NCBI RefSeq assembly: GCF_018350175.1
Contig: NC_058368.1
Coordinates: forward strand, 82,400,001 to 82,464,000
Length of the DNA stretch: 64,000 bases
Direction: 5' to 3'
DNA from: Felis catus
Lineage: Eukaryota
Shown: positions 25,163-38,365 of the stretch, one piece after another
Layout: every line of letters begins with the position of its first letter
Numbering within the stretch: position 1 is the first letter of the stretch
Made by a program: the position numbers and the translations under genes
The notes under the pieces: generated by a model
What the model saw: the letters and a program-made list of their open reading frames with translations, nothing else
What the model was told of the DNA's origin: nothing
Databases searched by the model: none

Positions 25163-25335
25163 CTGCTTCTTGAGCTTCTTGGTGGAGTGGTAGTCAACCA
25201 GGGCCACGGAGAGGGCGACCACGCGGTCGCCGCCCACCAGCGCGAGCAGCACCCCTGTGTCAGTGGCGGGGCGGATCCAAGCCACGACCTCTATTTCCCA
25301 GGCTGCCTCGGTGCCAACGGCCGCGGACGTCCGAG
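25163..25335 (-). CDS. GAS6: GAS6 exon 13, (T)[57 protein letters not shown]
   Basis: 173 nt, caccgcag| ... |gtacca; phase 1/0. Confidence 0.93.
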
Positions 25336-27557
25336 CTGCGGTGAGGGCGGCACATCAGAAGGCGATCCGGGTGGGGCAGGACGCGGTGAGTGGGGGTGGC
25401 CGCGGAGGGTAGGCGGGGTGACCGTGAGAGGGCCGTCCCCGTGGGGGGTTCCTGACCTGGGCTCTGGGCCCCTGAGGAGCGGCTCCTGCCCCTCCCTGCC
25501 CGCTTTCCCCCCCCAGGATGGGCCAGAGCATCACCCGCAACCCCACCGCGCCCCGCCTGTGTCCCTCAGGCGGTTTGACAAGGTCGGAGGTGCTTGGAAG
25601 ACGCTGCACCGAGCTCCATCCCCACAGACCACACGGTTTCGCGTGAGGCGAAGCATTGCTGCCATTCTACCACCTCAGCCGAGTGGCTCCTCACTTAGGC
25701 GCCTTATGTATACACGGCCTACGTGACGTCGTACGTGTGCTAAGTGTGTGGTGCAGAAACGATGCACGGGGGCCTGAGCCAAGGCGTGTCGAATGTCCCC
25801 ACGTGTCCTGCGTGGACAGTTCCAGAAGACATATTTTGGTAGAAAGGGCTGGACTGTGGTTGTGTGAGGACAAATATTTCCTCCCTACACTTGAATCATC
25901 TGACGACCAGAAGCCCCTTTGCTCCGTGGTTGTAAGCGCCTTTGTCTCAGAAGATCTTCCAAGTCCTGACGAAGGAGCCCGTTCGGGCCTCTGGTGCCAC
26001 AGCAGGGGCCGTATCCGTCGGAGCTCGGGCGCCCTGGCCACAGGCCGGCTGGCACCACAGTGAACCATGACCTGGCTCCTGGCTGCTTCCACTGGACTAC
26101 AAGCACTGCAAATCATCTGTGCGTCCCCCGACCCTAAGTGGGGCTTGTTACAGTCTGTTCCTGATAATCATTCACTGAATCCAATGGGCGCAAAACTGGA
26201 AAAAGCAGCCAAAAAACAAAAACAAAAACCAGAGATCTTCTCCGTGGCCAAGTTTCACCTTTACTCTTGATGGAAGAGAGGAGTGTTTCCTGGCCCTGAA
26301 TTTTCACCGAGACGGGACCGGTGCACTGGGGGGGGGGGGGGGGGGGGGGGCGGAATCTTCCAAGGCACTGGAGCCATGGCTGTGCTGAGAAGCCTTGGGG
26401 AAGAGGGTCTCCCCCTGAACTGCTGCTTGGTGCAGAGGCTGTGACTCTCAGGGAGGCTTCTCTGTTCTAAGATGCGACTGTCTGAGGTTATGAGAGACGC
26501 ATCGAGTTCTAAGTGCCATCTGGCCTTTGCTGTCATAGAACTGACTGCCCCAAACCAGTCCGTGTGGACAGTGCACAGACCGTGGTATGCACAGGTCTGT
26601 GTTACAACAGAAAACGTCTGTGATACTCAGAAGAAAAGTAATGAAATGTTTTGTGATACCAGATTTTACCCTGAACATTATGATGATGTTCTACATCTTC
26701 CTGTTTAACAATGAGACCAAAGGAATAACGTGTATGTTGTTACCGGCTGGTTCTTTCCTCAGAAACACCTAGTACTTTTGACAATGAAAGCAAAGATACA
26801 GGTGGGGGGTGACCCAAGGTCCTGAGAGGACAGCCTGCCTCACTGAGGGTAGAGGAGTGGGCCCCCGTAGCCTCCCAGTGGGAGGGGTCATGTGGTCTGT
26901 GGTGGGGGTGGCAGATGGGAGCCTAACATAACCAGCTCGCCATCTGGGGAGAGAGGGTCTGCAGGTGGCCCGTGGAGACAGGGAGGACAGAGCCAGATCC
27001 AGATCCCAGGAAGGAGCCAGGGTGCACTGGGGGGGGGGGGGCCGCCTGGACCGCAGTGTTGGCTGGGAGCAGGGAGGCACCTGTGAGGCCACCAGACACA
27101 CAGGCTGTGGATGTGGGGTGGGCGGGGGGGGGGCACCTGGGCCCGTGAACCCGCCAACAGGGTCCACACAGTCACGTGCATGTGCATTTTCCTGGGCCTG
27201 GTACCTGGCTCTCCTGATTCTCTGGGCATAGTGACAATAATTTAGGGCTCCAGGTCGCATGTGCTCAGGAAACAAGGTTAATTTTAAACCTAAGTAAGAG
27301 AGAGGAGGGAAAATCCCTTGGTCCCAGGGTCAAACAGAACCACTCAGCGGTCACCACTGGCCCACGCTGTTCATGCCGGCACCCTGAACTCTTTTCCCAC
27401 CAGCTGGCGATCGAGAACGCACAGGATTTAGAACTTCAGTCCCAGGTAAAGTCTGTTTCTGAGACTGTTCCTCTGTCAGTATGAGCGGGTTGTTCGTTGT
27501 GTTGTGGACCTCCAAGGTGGCTGTGCCGCTCTTCTCTCCTTTAACACTAGAGTTCTC

Positions 27558-27688
27558 CAGGGGCCCTGAGATGGCCCCTGTGACTCCAGGGTGCTGCCCC
27601 TCAGGGTCCCCGGGATGGCCCCTGTGACCTCGGGGTGCTGCCCCTCGGGGTCCCTGGATGGTCCCTGTGACTGGGGTGCTGCCCCTCA
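27558..27688. repeat. ~44-bp tandem repeat x3
   Basis: gatggcccctgtgactccagggtgctgcccctc repeated. Confidence 0.8.
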
Positions 27689-27986
27689 TCCGCTCCTCAG
27701 GATGCTCTGACTGCAGAGTCAGCCATGTTCCCCACAGCCGGCGTGGACACACCTTCACTCATCTCGTCCAAGAACCGTCTGTAGGCATCCTCTCAGATCC
27801 TTCATGTCCTCCTGCCTGCCCCGGTACCAGCACGGCCGCAGTCTTCTCCCATCTGTCCCGTCCTCCTCACTGGCTGACATGAGACCCAGAGTGGGAGCAG
27901 CCACCTGCGAGGTGGCTTCCCGCCTCGTGTGTTTCTCACTGCCTGTTGTCTGGAGGCCCAGCCCCAGCCCAGGAGCCCACACTTAC

Positions 27987-28155
27987 TGTAATCGAGGCTG
28001 TAGAAGGCAAAGCCGGTCCCGGGGTAGAAGGACCCTCTCTCCGTCACGGAGAAACACTGCATCTTGGAGTTTGCTTTCACCGTTTCTTGGATGGTGGTGT
28101 CCTCGCCACTCAGCCAGTTCCAGCTCCTCATACAGCCATCTAGACGGGGGTTTAT
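27987..28155 (-). CDS. GAS6: GAS6 exon 12, [56 protein letters not shown]
   Basis: 169 nt, tcttcccag| ... |gtaagt. Confidence 0.96.
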
Positions 28156-28859
28156 CTGGGAAGACAGAGAAATCCACGTGGCTTCCTGGGACCACAGAGA
28201 CTCCCAGATACCATGACGAGGGGCCACGTGGTCAGAGCGTGGGATGCCCTCTGGGCTCAGGCATGTGGAAATCTGCCAAAAGATGAACAATTCCTACTTG
28301 TAAAGATGACTTATTTCCCTAAAGGGCTCCACACTGGACACGATGACTCCTTGCAGGAGGCCCAGCACTCGCGGCGGGTCCTCCTGCCGTGCGTCGTGCA
28401 CGGATGCCCACCTTCTGTGGTTGCACGCTCACTCCCAGAGCAGAGCACTGGCCACCCCCGGGAGGACGTGGGACGAGGTGATGTGAGCAGTGGTACCTGG
28501 TACCTATGGAACTGAGTCCAGGGGCTGGGAGTGCCAATTCCAGTGCACCAGGCATGTGCTACACGCTTTGGAGCAAATCGGGTCACCCCTGCCTGTATCT
28601 GCAAAGTGAGGAGGCGTAAGCAACTGTGGGACCCCCTGGAATGGAGACTGGCACCCCCTACCGGGATTCCGACCACTGACGTCCACGCGCTGGGTGACGG
28701 GGAGATATCTACCAACCAGGGTGTGGGCTGTGGTGCAGGAAGGGTGAGGTCGGGCAGAGCTTCGAAGTGGACTAGTACTTACCTCTTCCACTTGGGTGGA
28801 AGTCCCAGCAGGACTAACAACCCAAATGTTCTTGGAAATTGTCAAAAAAGTTGACTGTG

Positions 28860-29073
28860 TTTTTTAATTAGAAAAAAGTTTTTTTTTAATGTTCATTTTT
28901 GAGAGAGACAGCGCACAAGCAGGGGAGGGGCAGAGAAAGGGAGACACAGAATCGGAAGCAGGCTCCAGGCTCCAAGCTGTCAGCACAAAGCCCAACGCGG
29001 GGCTCCAACCCACGAACCGTGAGATCTGAGCCAAAGTCGGATGCTTAACCAACTGAGGCACCCAAGGCACCCC
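28860..29073 (-). mobile_element. SINEC_Fc-like Can-SINE in GAS6 intron 11
   Basis: gagacacagaatcggaagcaggctccaggctc...agccaaagtcggatgcttaacc. Confidence 0.92.
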
Positions 29074-29316
29074 TTGAGCGTTCTTTTTGCTCAAAAATAA
29101 TTTCATTGTGTCTCATTTTTCATGCGAAATAGGCATTTTTATCATCACTTTAGATGAAAACTAAAGCTACTCTCACAGGGAGAGGTGGTGCACGCATGCT
29201 TGCTGACTTCTGGGAAGCCACCGCCTAAGCCTGGGAAGCACTAAACACAGCAGCTCGCGGGCTCGCCTGTCCTGATGGGTCCTGCACTCCGACTCCAGGC
29301 TGATGATGGTACTTAC

Positions 29317-29481
29317 TGGCTGGACCAGGTCCTTCTCCTTGAAGGGAATGCCTCCCACGGTCAGGTTCAGATGATACAGTCCTCTGTCAAGCTGAAACAG
29401 GTCCCCGGCCACCGCGATCTTCATCACGGCATCCTTGTTCACCTTGATGACCAGATTCCGGTCCAGCTCCTCCACAGAGAT
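29317..29481 (-). CDS. GAS6: GAS6 exon 11, [55 protein letters not shown]
   Basis: 165 nt, ttccttcag| ... |gtaagt; NLT sequon. Confidence 0.96.
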
Positions 29482-30774
29482 CTGAAGGAAACCAGGGCCG
29501 GAGAGGCGGGGTGCACCTTCACCCGGGACCCCCGGCCCCGGGGCTCACCCGCACACCTCCCTGTCGCCGTGTGCCAACACAACCTCCCTCCAGCCGGGGT
29601 GAGGCTCCAGTTCCCAAAAGGCCCCCAGCACTGGCTTCTCCCTTTGCTCCTCCTCCTCCAAGTGAAGCCCCTCGAGCCGCGTCCCTTGCCCCATCCTGGC
29701 GCCTCTATAAGCCCTGCCGGGAGCTGCCTCCTGGGAGCAGGAACCCCGCCTGACATCACTGTTTTGGTGCCTCACTTCTCCCACCCGCAGGGGCCCCATC
29801 AAAGGCAGGGGGCACGTTTTTAACTCCCAGCAGGTAACTAAGTGTCTGGCACGGACCGGATGCTGTGCGTGAATTCACATGGACTCCAGAAGTTTGCATC
29901 TTTCCTCCTTTCCAAGCAGGAGAATGTAGAAACCTCTCTCTACACTCTGTGTTCTCCTAACCCTCCAGAGGTCCATCAGTTTCCTTTTTGGTTAAAACGG
30001 GAAACTTGTCGGTACTTGGGTCAGAGTGTGGTCAGGAGGACACGGTGTCCGTGAGGGGGCTGCAGGGGCAAAAGCAGGTCAGGAGGGGTGGCTGCAGGGG
30101 CTGCCAATGAGCCGACCCCGCTGACCCCACCCTGAGCGGCCAGTTCATGCACCGGGCGGGGGCAGCTGTGCCAGTCACCCGTCACAGGCCCTGCGTGCCC
30201 CAGCTTTCTCACCTGGGCGCCGCCCACCCCCCTGGACCCCACACGCCCCATGACCACAGGGGCCAGGCTGCCCGTTTGGAGCACGTGCCTCCCTGGGCCC
30301 TGAAGGAGGCCGCGTCCCTCTGGCTCCACGGTCTTATCTGGGCTTTGCTGTCGGCACCCCTCCCGCAGCTCCAGAGACCCTTGTGCTGAGAGCTTGGGAA
30401 AGAAGGAAGGTGGCCTTACTTAATAGGGTGGACGCCTTAGCAGATGACCCCAGTGTTTTTATTCAGAAAGTCCTATTTTAACATAGCTTTTAAAGGGCAA
30501 AAGGATGCTCTTCTCTCCCAGGTGCTTACTAAGAGCCCACTTCCAACCAGGGCCCTCCAAACTTCAGGAAGGGTCCTGTGTGTCAGGCTGCTGTGCAGGG
30601 GGGTGCAGGCAGGGCAGTGGTGGGACACCTGCCTCTGGGGCTCTGGGTGCTCAGGGCACTCTCCAGAGGGAGGTACCCGTATGTGAGTGCGCCTGGGTCT
30701 GGGCGGGAAGGGCGCAGGTCCCGGGATGCTGCGGACACTTGGGCAGGAGCCGTGCCTAGATTTCGGCCTTGGAC

Positions 30775-30935
30775 CCCCAGCTTCAGCGCCACGGACATCC
30801 TGAGCTGGACAGTTTTCTGAGGTGGGGTGTCCTGTGCACTGCAGGGTGACCGGCAGCCCCTGGCCCCACCAGGAGCTGCTGTAATGGACAGAATGGTCTC
30901 GGGGACACAGCCAGGTGTCCCAGGAGGAATGGCCC
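30775..30935 (-). mobile_element. Degraded MER20-like element
   Basis: gacatcctgagctggacagtttt...gtcctgtgcactgcagg...gacacagccaggtgtccc. Confidence 0.5.
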
Positions 30936-31170
30936 ATAGAGTGTGAACTTCCCAGGGGCCGGGGCCCATGCCACTATGTGTAGTGTTCACCAACTGTCGG
31001 GTGCCTAAGCGCACGAGCAAACCCCAGGCCCTCCCCAGGAGTCCCTATGCTGGCCAGGCTGTTTCCCAGGAGTCCCATACGCCGGCTGGGCTGGGGGCAC
31101 GAGCAAACCCCAGGCCCTCCCCAGGAGTTCCTACGCCGCCCGGGCCAGGGGCGGGGGTGGCCACGCTCAC

Positions 31171-31360
31171 CGTCTGCCATGTGCCATGGTTGATGACAGG
31201 CCCGCTGCTGGTGACTCGGCCGACACCACCGTAGCGGAGCTGCAGTTCCAGCCGGCCAGCCCGCAGGCCCAGCACGATCCAGGCGCTGTCTTGATGACCT
31301 CCAGCAAAGAACAGGACCCCTTCGGGGTCAAAGGTCCTGAAGTCGAATTCAGCGAGCAGC
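31171..31360 (-). CDS. GAS6: GAS6 exon 10, LG1 (R)[63 protein letters not shown]
   Basis: 190 nt, ccctcag| ... |gtgagc; [10 protein letters not shown] laminin-G motif. Confidence 0.97.
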
Positions 31361-31385
31361 CTGAGGGCCAGCATGAGAATCATCA

Positions 31386-32015
<630 letters not shown>

Positions 32016-32077
32016 TCACCAGCCCTCCTCCCTGAGAACGGTCTTCCCGAAGGGGGCGGCCGCCCCGAGGACACTAC

Positions 32078-32199
32078 CTCGCAGGTGTTCATGTCCGGGG
32101 ACAGCTTGAGGCCCCCACGCCCGTCACAGTGGCAGGTGTAGCCCCCTGGGGAGTTGACACAGGCCTGCTCACAGCGCCCCTCAGCACACTCGTCCACAT
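32078..32199 (-). CDS. GAS6: GAS6 exon 8, cbEGF4 (D)[40 protein letters not shown]
   Basis: 122 nt, ccacag| ... |gtagtg. Confidence 0.95.
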
Positions 32200-32731
32200 C
32201 TGTGGCCACAAGGGAGATGGGCAAGCCTCACCTGTCTGGTCACACGTGCGGCGTGTTCTCTACGGGCTCCACAGCACGTGACTCAGGAGGCACCCACCCC
32301 CCACTGCGCCCACAGTGCTTCCCGGCAGGTCCAAGGAGCCGCTGGAATAAGCCAGCTGGTCAGCCACAAAGCACATCCTCGTCTGAAGGGTCCACTGCCA
32401 TTGGCAGGCACCCCCGGGGCACGGAGGGTGTGAGCGGCTGCACATCCCCAGCTGTCCCCAGACACAGTAGCTGGAACTGAGGGCCACACACAAGCCCATC
32501 TGCTACGGCGGCACAGGGCGTATGGTCTGGGGCAGGTCAGAGAAGGTGCCGAGCTGCACTCAGAGGCAGCACAAATGCATGTGTGTATTGCACGCGCACA
32601 TGTGTGCACACACGGCATGCACACTCATGTGTACACGAGCACACGTGCTCACAGGTGGGTGCGGTGTGTTGTGTGTGCACGCCTGCACGTGTGTGTGCGC
32701 CTGGTGCCGGTGGGCGGCTGGGAAGAGGTAC

Positions 32732-32854
32732 CTTGACAGGTCTTCTCCTGGGGACTGAATGCGTAGCCCTCATCACAGAGGCAGGCGTAGGAGCCCGGCA
32801 GGTTGCTGCAGCGCGCCTCCCCACAGGCCCTGCCGTCTGCGCACTCGTCCACGT
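32732..32854 (-). CDS. GAS6: GAS6 exon 7, cbEGF3 (D)[40 protein letters not shown]
   Basis: 123 nt, ttcttgcag| ... |gtacct. Confidence 0.95.
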
Positions 32855-35691
32855 CTGCAAGAAAACCAGCATGCTGGACCAGGGGGTTTCTGACCGCCAT
32901 GGGGAGATGCTGTGGCAGGAGCACCGCGCATCGGGGGCGCAGCCCCCGGGGCAGACTAGGCCCACGCCCCCTCCGCCCAGCCACCGACTCTGCAGCCCCA
33001 GGCCCAGGCATTGGGGCCATGGGGGGCAGTTCCAATTGGTGTCCTGGACACTGGACAGGGCTCTGAGCACTGGAGCACAGGAGCAAAACCCCAGGGGCCT
33101 TCTGAACGGAGGGTACCCTGCATCCCTGGAGCAACTCCCCCCCAATGCCCCCGGGATGCCACCTGCATCTCCCAACTCGGCCTCCACTCACACCCTGGGT
33201 CTCTCCACCGGAATTCAAACACCACAGTATTGACAAGTTATCAAGGCTCTTCTTGAGGTTCCATCCATCTTGCCCCTCCAGCAAACGACCAGCACGAAAC
33301 TTCTGCAGTTAAAAACCCATTTCCTCCAGAGTCAGAAGGAACAGGTGGCTCGTGTCATTGCTACTTCAAACACCATGGGTCCTTACACAGCAACACGACA
33401 CATGTGTCTCCGAGCCCCACGCCATTCACGACTCCTCACGAGGGCAGCTAAACGCAGGCTTGCAGGTGCAGAATGAGGAAGACGTCACTCACCGACCCCA
33501 AGAACGAGCCAGCAACCGCCCACGTCCCCCGAGAGACGGCGTGTGAAACTGCCAGGTTGCACCTGATCCGTTTCCAGCTGTGTGGACGCTTCTGAGCCTG
33601 GACTTCATTTCAGGAGCCAGGCAGGGCCAACCCCACGTCCAGAACCTTAGGAACCTGGCTCCCCCTAGTACGTGGGGCGTGCCGGCCGCACCAGGGAGGA
33701 CACCGCGCTCCCTGCTCTGCACTCACACTTGGCTGCAGGGCCCCGGGCCGCTCCGCACACAGGATGCCTCGTTGGCACAGGCTCTCTCTGAACACGGCCC
33801 ATGAGGCCCTACCATGGTACCAAGGAAACCACAGGGAACCCCCACAGCCTCCGCAGCCTCTGTTGCTCTACAGAAGCTCATGACCTGGGCTTCAAGGTGT
33901 GCAGAGTCCCTGCGGGGCCTGTGACAGCGGAGGGGCCGGGGCGGGAGGACCCGAGAGCCCACCGCAGCATCGGGAAAGGGCTCCCCTGTCCTGTCCCTGT
34001 GCCCGCACACCAGCACTCCCCAGGCCGGGAAGCCTCCCCATGGGAAACAGCGGACAAAGCTCCAGACCCCACGCGTCCACGTGGCCCCTTGCCACCTTGC
34101 TTTCTTCTCCCACAGTGCCCATTGGCCACAGCCACAGAGCCTCTGGCAGTACTGTGGGCCGGGCTGGGGGCCCAGACAGCTGAGCTCCAGCCTCTGGGCC
34201 CCTCCTCCCTACACCTCACATCCTGCCAACACTCTGCCCATTGGAGATGCCACTGTTGGGCAGTTGGTCACAGAGCACGGTGACTGGGAGCCAAAGCAGG
34301 TGAACAGTGTGCAGCATTGGCACAGGGGGGCAGAGAGCCTAGGCCCAACCATACTGTGTGCACTGCGGCCAAGAGGTCCTTGGGCCCAAAACAGGCTCTT
34401 ATCGCCCTCCCCCTGCGGGGGCCCCCGGCCCACCTCCCAGCCATGCAGGCTGGGGACCCCTCCTTGCAGCCAAGGACAGATGATGGAGAGGCCTGGGTCC
34501 CATTCCCTATGCTGCTGGGCGGCCCTTGAAGTGGGGTGCAGCGACCCCACTCCCTCCTTCCCAGTATCTCGGGTTCTGACTGAGTAGAACAAGATGGAAA
34601 GTCCAGGCTCCACAGTGATAAGGCTCCCCATTCCCCACAGCCTCCCTTGCCTGCATCTGGGGGTCCCAAGGTCCCCAAAGAAATAGTTGATGGCCAAGAG
34701 AAAGGGAGGTATGTGAGGACCGGACTCGGCAGGCACACCCTGAAACCTGGCAGCAGAGGTGGGGTGCCTGCCATCATGCTAATCATTACTCAGTCATGCT
34801 GAGGACAGCACCTTGCAGCTCGCTGACCCAGCAGGTGCAGAGTCCCGTCCCACTACCCTGTTTGCTGTTCTGGGGCAAAGGCAAGGATGCAGGGAATCTC
34901 TGGGACCCCTAGAATCCTCACACATCATAGACTTGGCGAGCAGGTGGGAGGGAGATTCTGGTCACTCAGGGACTTCTGAGGAGGCTAATGCAGGACGTCC
35001 CTCATAGCACACGGCACATTTCCTGGGGGCGTCCAAATAGACCATCTGCCCGCGGCCCTGAGAACCCTGCCCCTCGGCCCCAGCAGGTAGAGGTGCGCGG
35101 GCCATGGAGGGGCCCTTGCTCCGGAGGCTGCTTCCCCCTCAGTACCTCCATCTTGTTCCGGGGCAAGCCAGCAGCACTCAAGAAACGTCCCAGATTCCCA
35201 GGGACATGCCAGTGACAGACATCAGCAGGTCCGAGTTGGAGGGTGGGGTGGGGGTGGGCGGAGAGCTGCCCCTGTGAAGTGGGGTGCCCCTGTTGTGCAG
35301 TAGGCTGGCCACAGCTTGCAGGATGCTGGGCCGCAGGGGGCCCGAGACAGAAGGGACGAGAGTTGCCTTCGGCTTGAGCCTTTGCCAGAGGGAAGCAAGC
35401 CGGGTGGGTGTGGATGGGGGCCGCCCCTGGGTCAGAGGGAGTGGCTGAGAGCCCGGTGACTCATCCCGGGTTGGATGCTGGGGCAGCTCCCGTGGCCGCT
35501 GACATGCCCGGGCATGTGCTCTGTGGAGGCCCCTCCCCCTCCTCCCGCCTTTGCAGGGACCCACAGCCTCTCGCGAGGTGACCACCAGCCTCAGCCATCT
35601 GGCCATCGTGCCGACTCTGGCAATTTGGCAGCTGCACAGACCGACGGGGAGGGCACGGGGAGGGCTCGGGGAGGCTCGGCCCGGGCGTTAC

Positions 35692-35814
35692 CTTGGCAGG
35701 TCCTGCTGTCCACCGTGAGCGCATAGCCACTGTAGCAGGCGCAATGGAAGCTGCCGGGCTTGTTGAGGCATATTTGGTTGCAGCCCCCATTCTGCTGGCT
35801 GCACTCGTTGACAT
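35692..35814 (-). CDS. GAS6: GAS6 exon 6, Ca-binding EGF2 (D)[40 protein letters not shown]
   Basis: 123 nt, cccag| ... |gtaacg; cbEGF consensus. Confidence 0.96.
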
Positions 35815-36383
35815 CTGGGCACAGAGCAAAGAGAGGCTGGGGAGCATGCAGAGGTGACACACAAGCACCTGCACGCCTGTCCCCACAGGAGACCCCGCTG
35901 TGCCGAGGGTGGTGCCCGTCTACTGCAAGTGCGCACTGGAGGAGGGCAGGGCCCCGGGGTGGCTTGGAGCAGCAGTGAAGGGGCCCCCGAGGTCACCAGG
36001 TCTTGGGGCGTTTTTCCTGCGGCTTCTTTGCTGACCCCCCAAAACTGCAGACAGGGAGGTTGGACAAGGCCCCACCCAGGGTCCCCAGGGGTAGCCTTAC
36101 GGTGGCTTTTCTTCCAGTCCTGCCTGAGCCAGGCCACTGCCAGCACCTGATAGCTTCTCGAAGGTTGGACAGCGCCCTGTCCTTGGAGGCGAAAGCAGTG
36201 CCTCTCCATGTTCTTGGGGGACGTGAGGGGCCAAGGGGCCCCTCCTCTCCTTTCTCCTCTGAGCCGGAGGGAGGTAGACCGGCCATGAAGGGCCAGGTAC
36301 CCAGACAGTCTGGGGCTCCTGCTTCCTTTGGAACAGGCCCTGCACATCCCCGGATGGGCTGGGGGCACAGGGAGGGGCCTCAC

Positions 36384-36506
36384 CTCTGTCACAGAGCCGC
36401 CCGCCCCAGCCAGCTCTGCACTGGCAATAGAAGTTGCCCATGAGGTCTTGGCAGACTTGAGTCCCCTCCTTGTTGCAGGGGTTTGGGGAGCACTGGTCAG
36501 GCAAGT
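36384..36506 (-). CDS. GAS6: GAS6 exon 5, EGF1 (N)[40 protein letters not shown]
   Basis: 123 nt, catag| ... |gtgagg; six-Cys EGF pattern. Confidence 0.96.
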
Positions 36507-37699
36507 CTATGTTGAGAAAAAGGAGAAAACATTCAGCTGGGAGGGAACGGCCCGGGGCAGGCCCACCGAGGCGGGCCCAGACTAGAGGCATGGACCCCAG
36601 TTCTGGGCAGGAGAACAGTCATGGAGCAGGTGGGCCAGGCCCTCGTCTGTTCCAGGGAGATCTGGGTCAGCTTGTAGGGAGTGTCCACCTGCCCGCTGGG
36701 CCAAGGGCAGCAGAGGAGGACGGGGTGGGCCTGGCTGGGCCCCTTGTGCTCTGGCCTCCCAGGGAGCAGGCCCACAGACCCCTGGCTGACCTTAAGGGTC
36801 ACATGAGGAACCCCCATCCCGGCCGACATCTCCACCGTCCGCGGCCAGGCACCCCATCCACTCAAACCCCAGCATGCTCCCTGCAGGGCTTGGCAGCCAC
36901 AGGAGCACCCCCACACCACCTGGCTGGATGCGGGACTGCCCAGGCCCAGGCTGCCTTGGCTCTCCCAGAGAGGGGTGCCGGCCGGCCCCTGCTCAGGGGG
37001 CGGTCTGCCAGCCAAGACTGTCAATCACCACCTGCTTTACAGGCTAGTTGAGACAGTCGCAGGGAGTGCCTTCCAACGACTTGGCATGTGAGCAACTTCT
37101 CACAGGCTTCTGAAGCCCAGCTCCAAGGTGCCGTAGCTGCAGGGCCCGCCCACAAGCAGCCTGGCTTGCCTGGGTGCCCGTGCTGTGTGGGAGGGGCTGG
37201 CCAGGGGTCTCCAGGGGATCTCAGCACTGAGGCCCAGGCTGATCTCTGCTGCTCTCACTGTGCCCATGCTCGGCAGGCCCAGGAGATTTCCGGCCCTGCA
37301 GCCCTTGTGTGGGTCAGCTCTCGCCTTGGTTCCTTAACATACCTTGGCCAGCCTTCCCCTCCCCTCTTCCAGCATGGACACCTGCCTCTTCCGGCCTGGG
37401 GACAGCACTGGGCCTGTGGCTGAGGTCCAAACCCAGGGCCAGGGCTGGTAGATGGGGCGGGAGATGCCCAGAGTGCCCACAGCAAACTCGTTGTCCCTCA
37501 GGCAGGTATCCTTCAGCGGTGTGGACAAAATCTTGCTGCTCTGGACCGCTTCCCTGTGGCCCTGGGGACTGTGGGCTCCAGGCTAGCCAGCTGACAGCCA
37601 TCCCCAGGCCCGCAGGGGAGAGCAGGTCACTGTGTCACCCTTCCCAGGGCCATGCACCCCACAACTCTCTGATCAGGTCAATCACTTCTCTTGTATTTA

Positions 37700-37935
37700 C
37701 ATGTATATACATATTTTATAATGTTTTTAATGTTATACATATATAACATTTATTTGTGTTGGAAAGACAGCACGAGCAGGGGAGGGGCAGAGAGAGGGAG
37801 ACACAGAATCTGAAGCAGGCTCCAGGCTCCAAGCTGTCAGCACAAAGCCCGATGTCGAGCTTGAACCCGCGAACCGTGAGATCATGACCTGAGATGACAT
37901 CGGACGCTTAACCGACTGAGCCACCCAGGTGCCCC
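37700..37935 (-). mobile_element. SINEC_Fc-like Can-SINE in GAS6 intron 4
   Basis: Full body ending gagccacccaggtgcccc; AT-rich tail. Confidence 0.92.
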
Positions 37936-38149
37936 ACTTCTCATTATTTATGGAGAGAGTAGCCCACACAACGTGGCGGCTGGGCAGGTGGAGAGGCTCG
38001 TCAGACTCCCGAGTTTTCCAGCCTCTTCTCTGCACGAGCCAACAGGGCCCCCAAGAGCCGAGAGCTCAGGTGTCTGTCCTGCTGGGAGACTGACCAGGTG
38101 GGCACAGGCCACTGTTTATCACTTCTTCCTTAAAATGACTGACATTTCA

Positions 38150-38365
38150 GGGGCGCCTGGGTGGCTCAGTGGGTTAAGCAGCCGACTTCGGCTCAGGTCA
38201 TGATCTCGCAGTCCATGAGTTCGAGCCCCACGTCGGGCTCTGTGCTAACAGCTCAGAGCCTGGAGCCTGTTTCAGATTCTGTGTCTCCCTCTCTCTGACC
38301 CTCCCCCATTCAGGCTTTGTCTCTCTCTGTCTCAAAAATAAACATTAAAAAAAAATTAAAAAAAA
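38150..38365 (+). mobile_element. Young SINEC_Fc-like Can-SINE with perfect 17-bp TSD
   Basis: ggggcgcctgggtggctcag head, intact B box gagttcgagccc, A tail; TSD aaaatgactgacatttc at 38132-38148 and 38366-38382. Confidence 0.96.

Noticed and set aside
31010..31145. ~45-bp direct repeat in GAS6 intron 10
   Set aside because: Simple local duplication with no evident functional motif.
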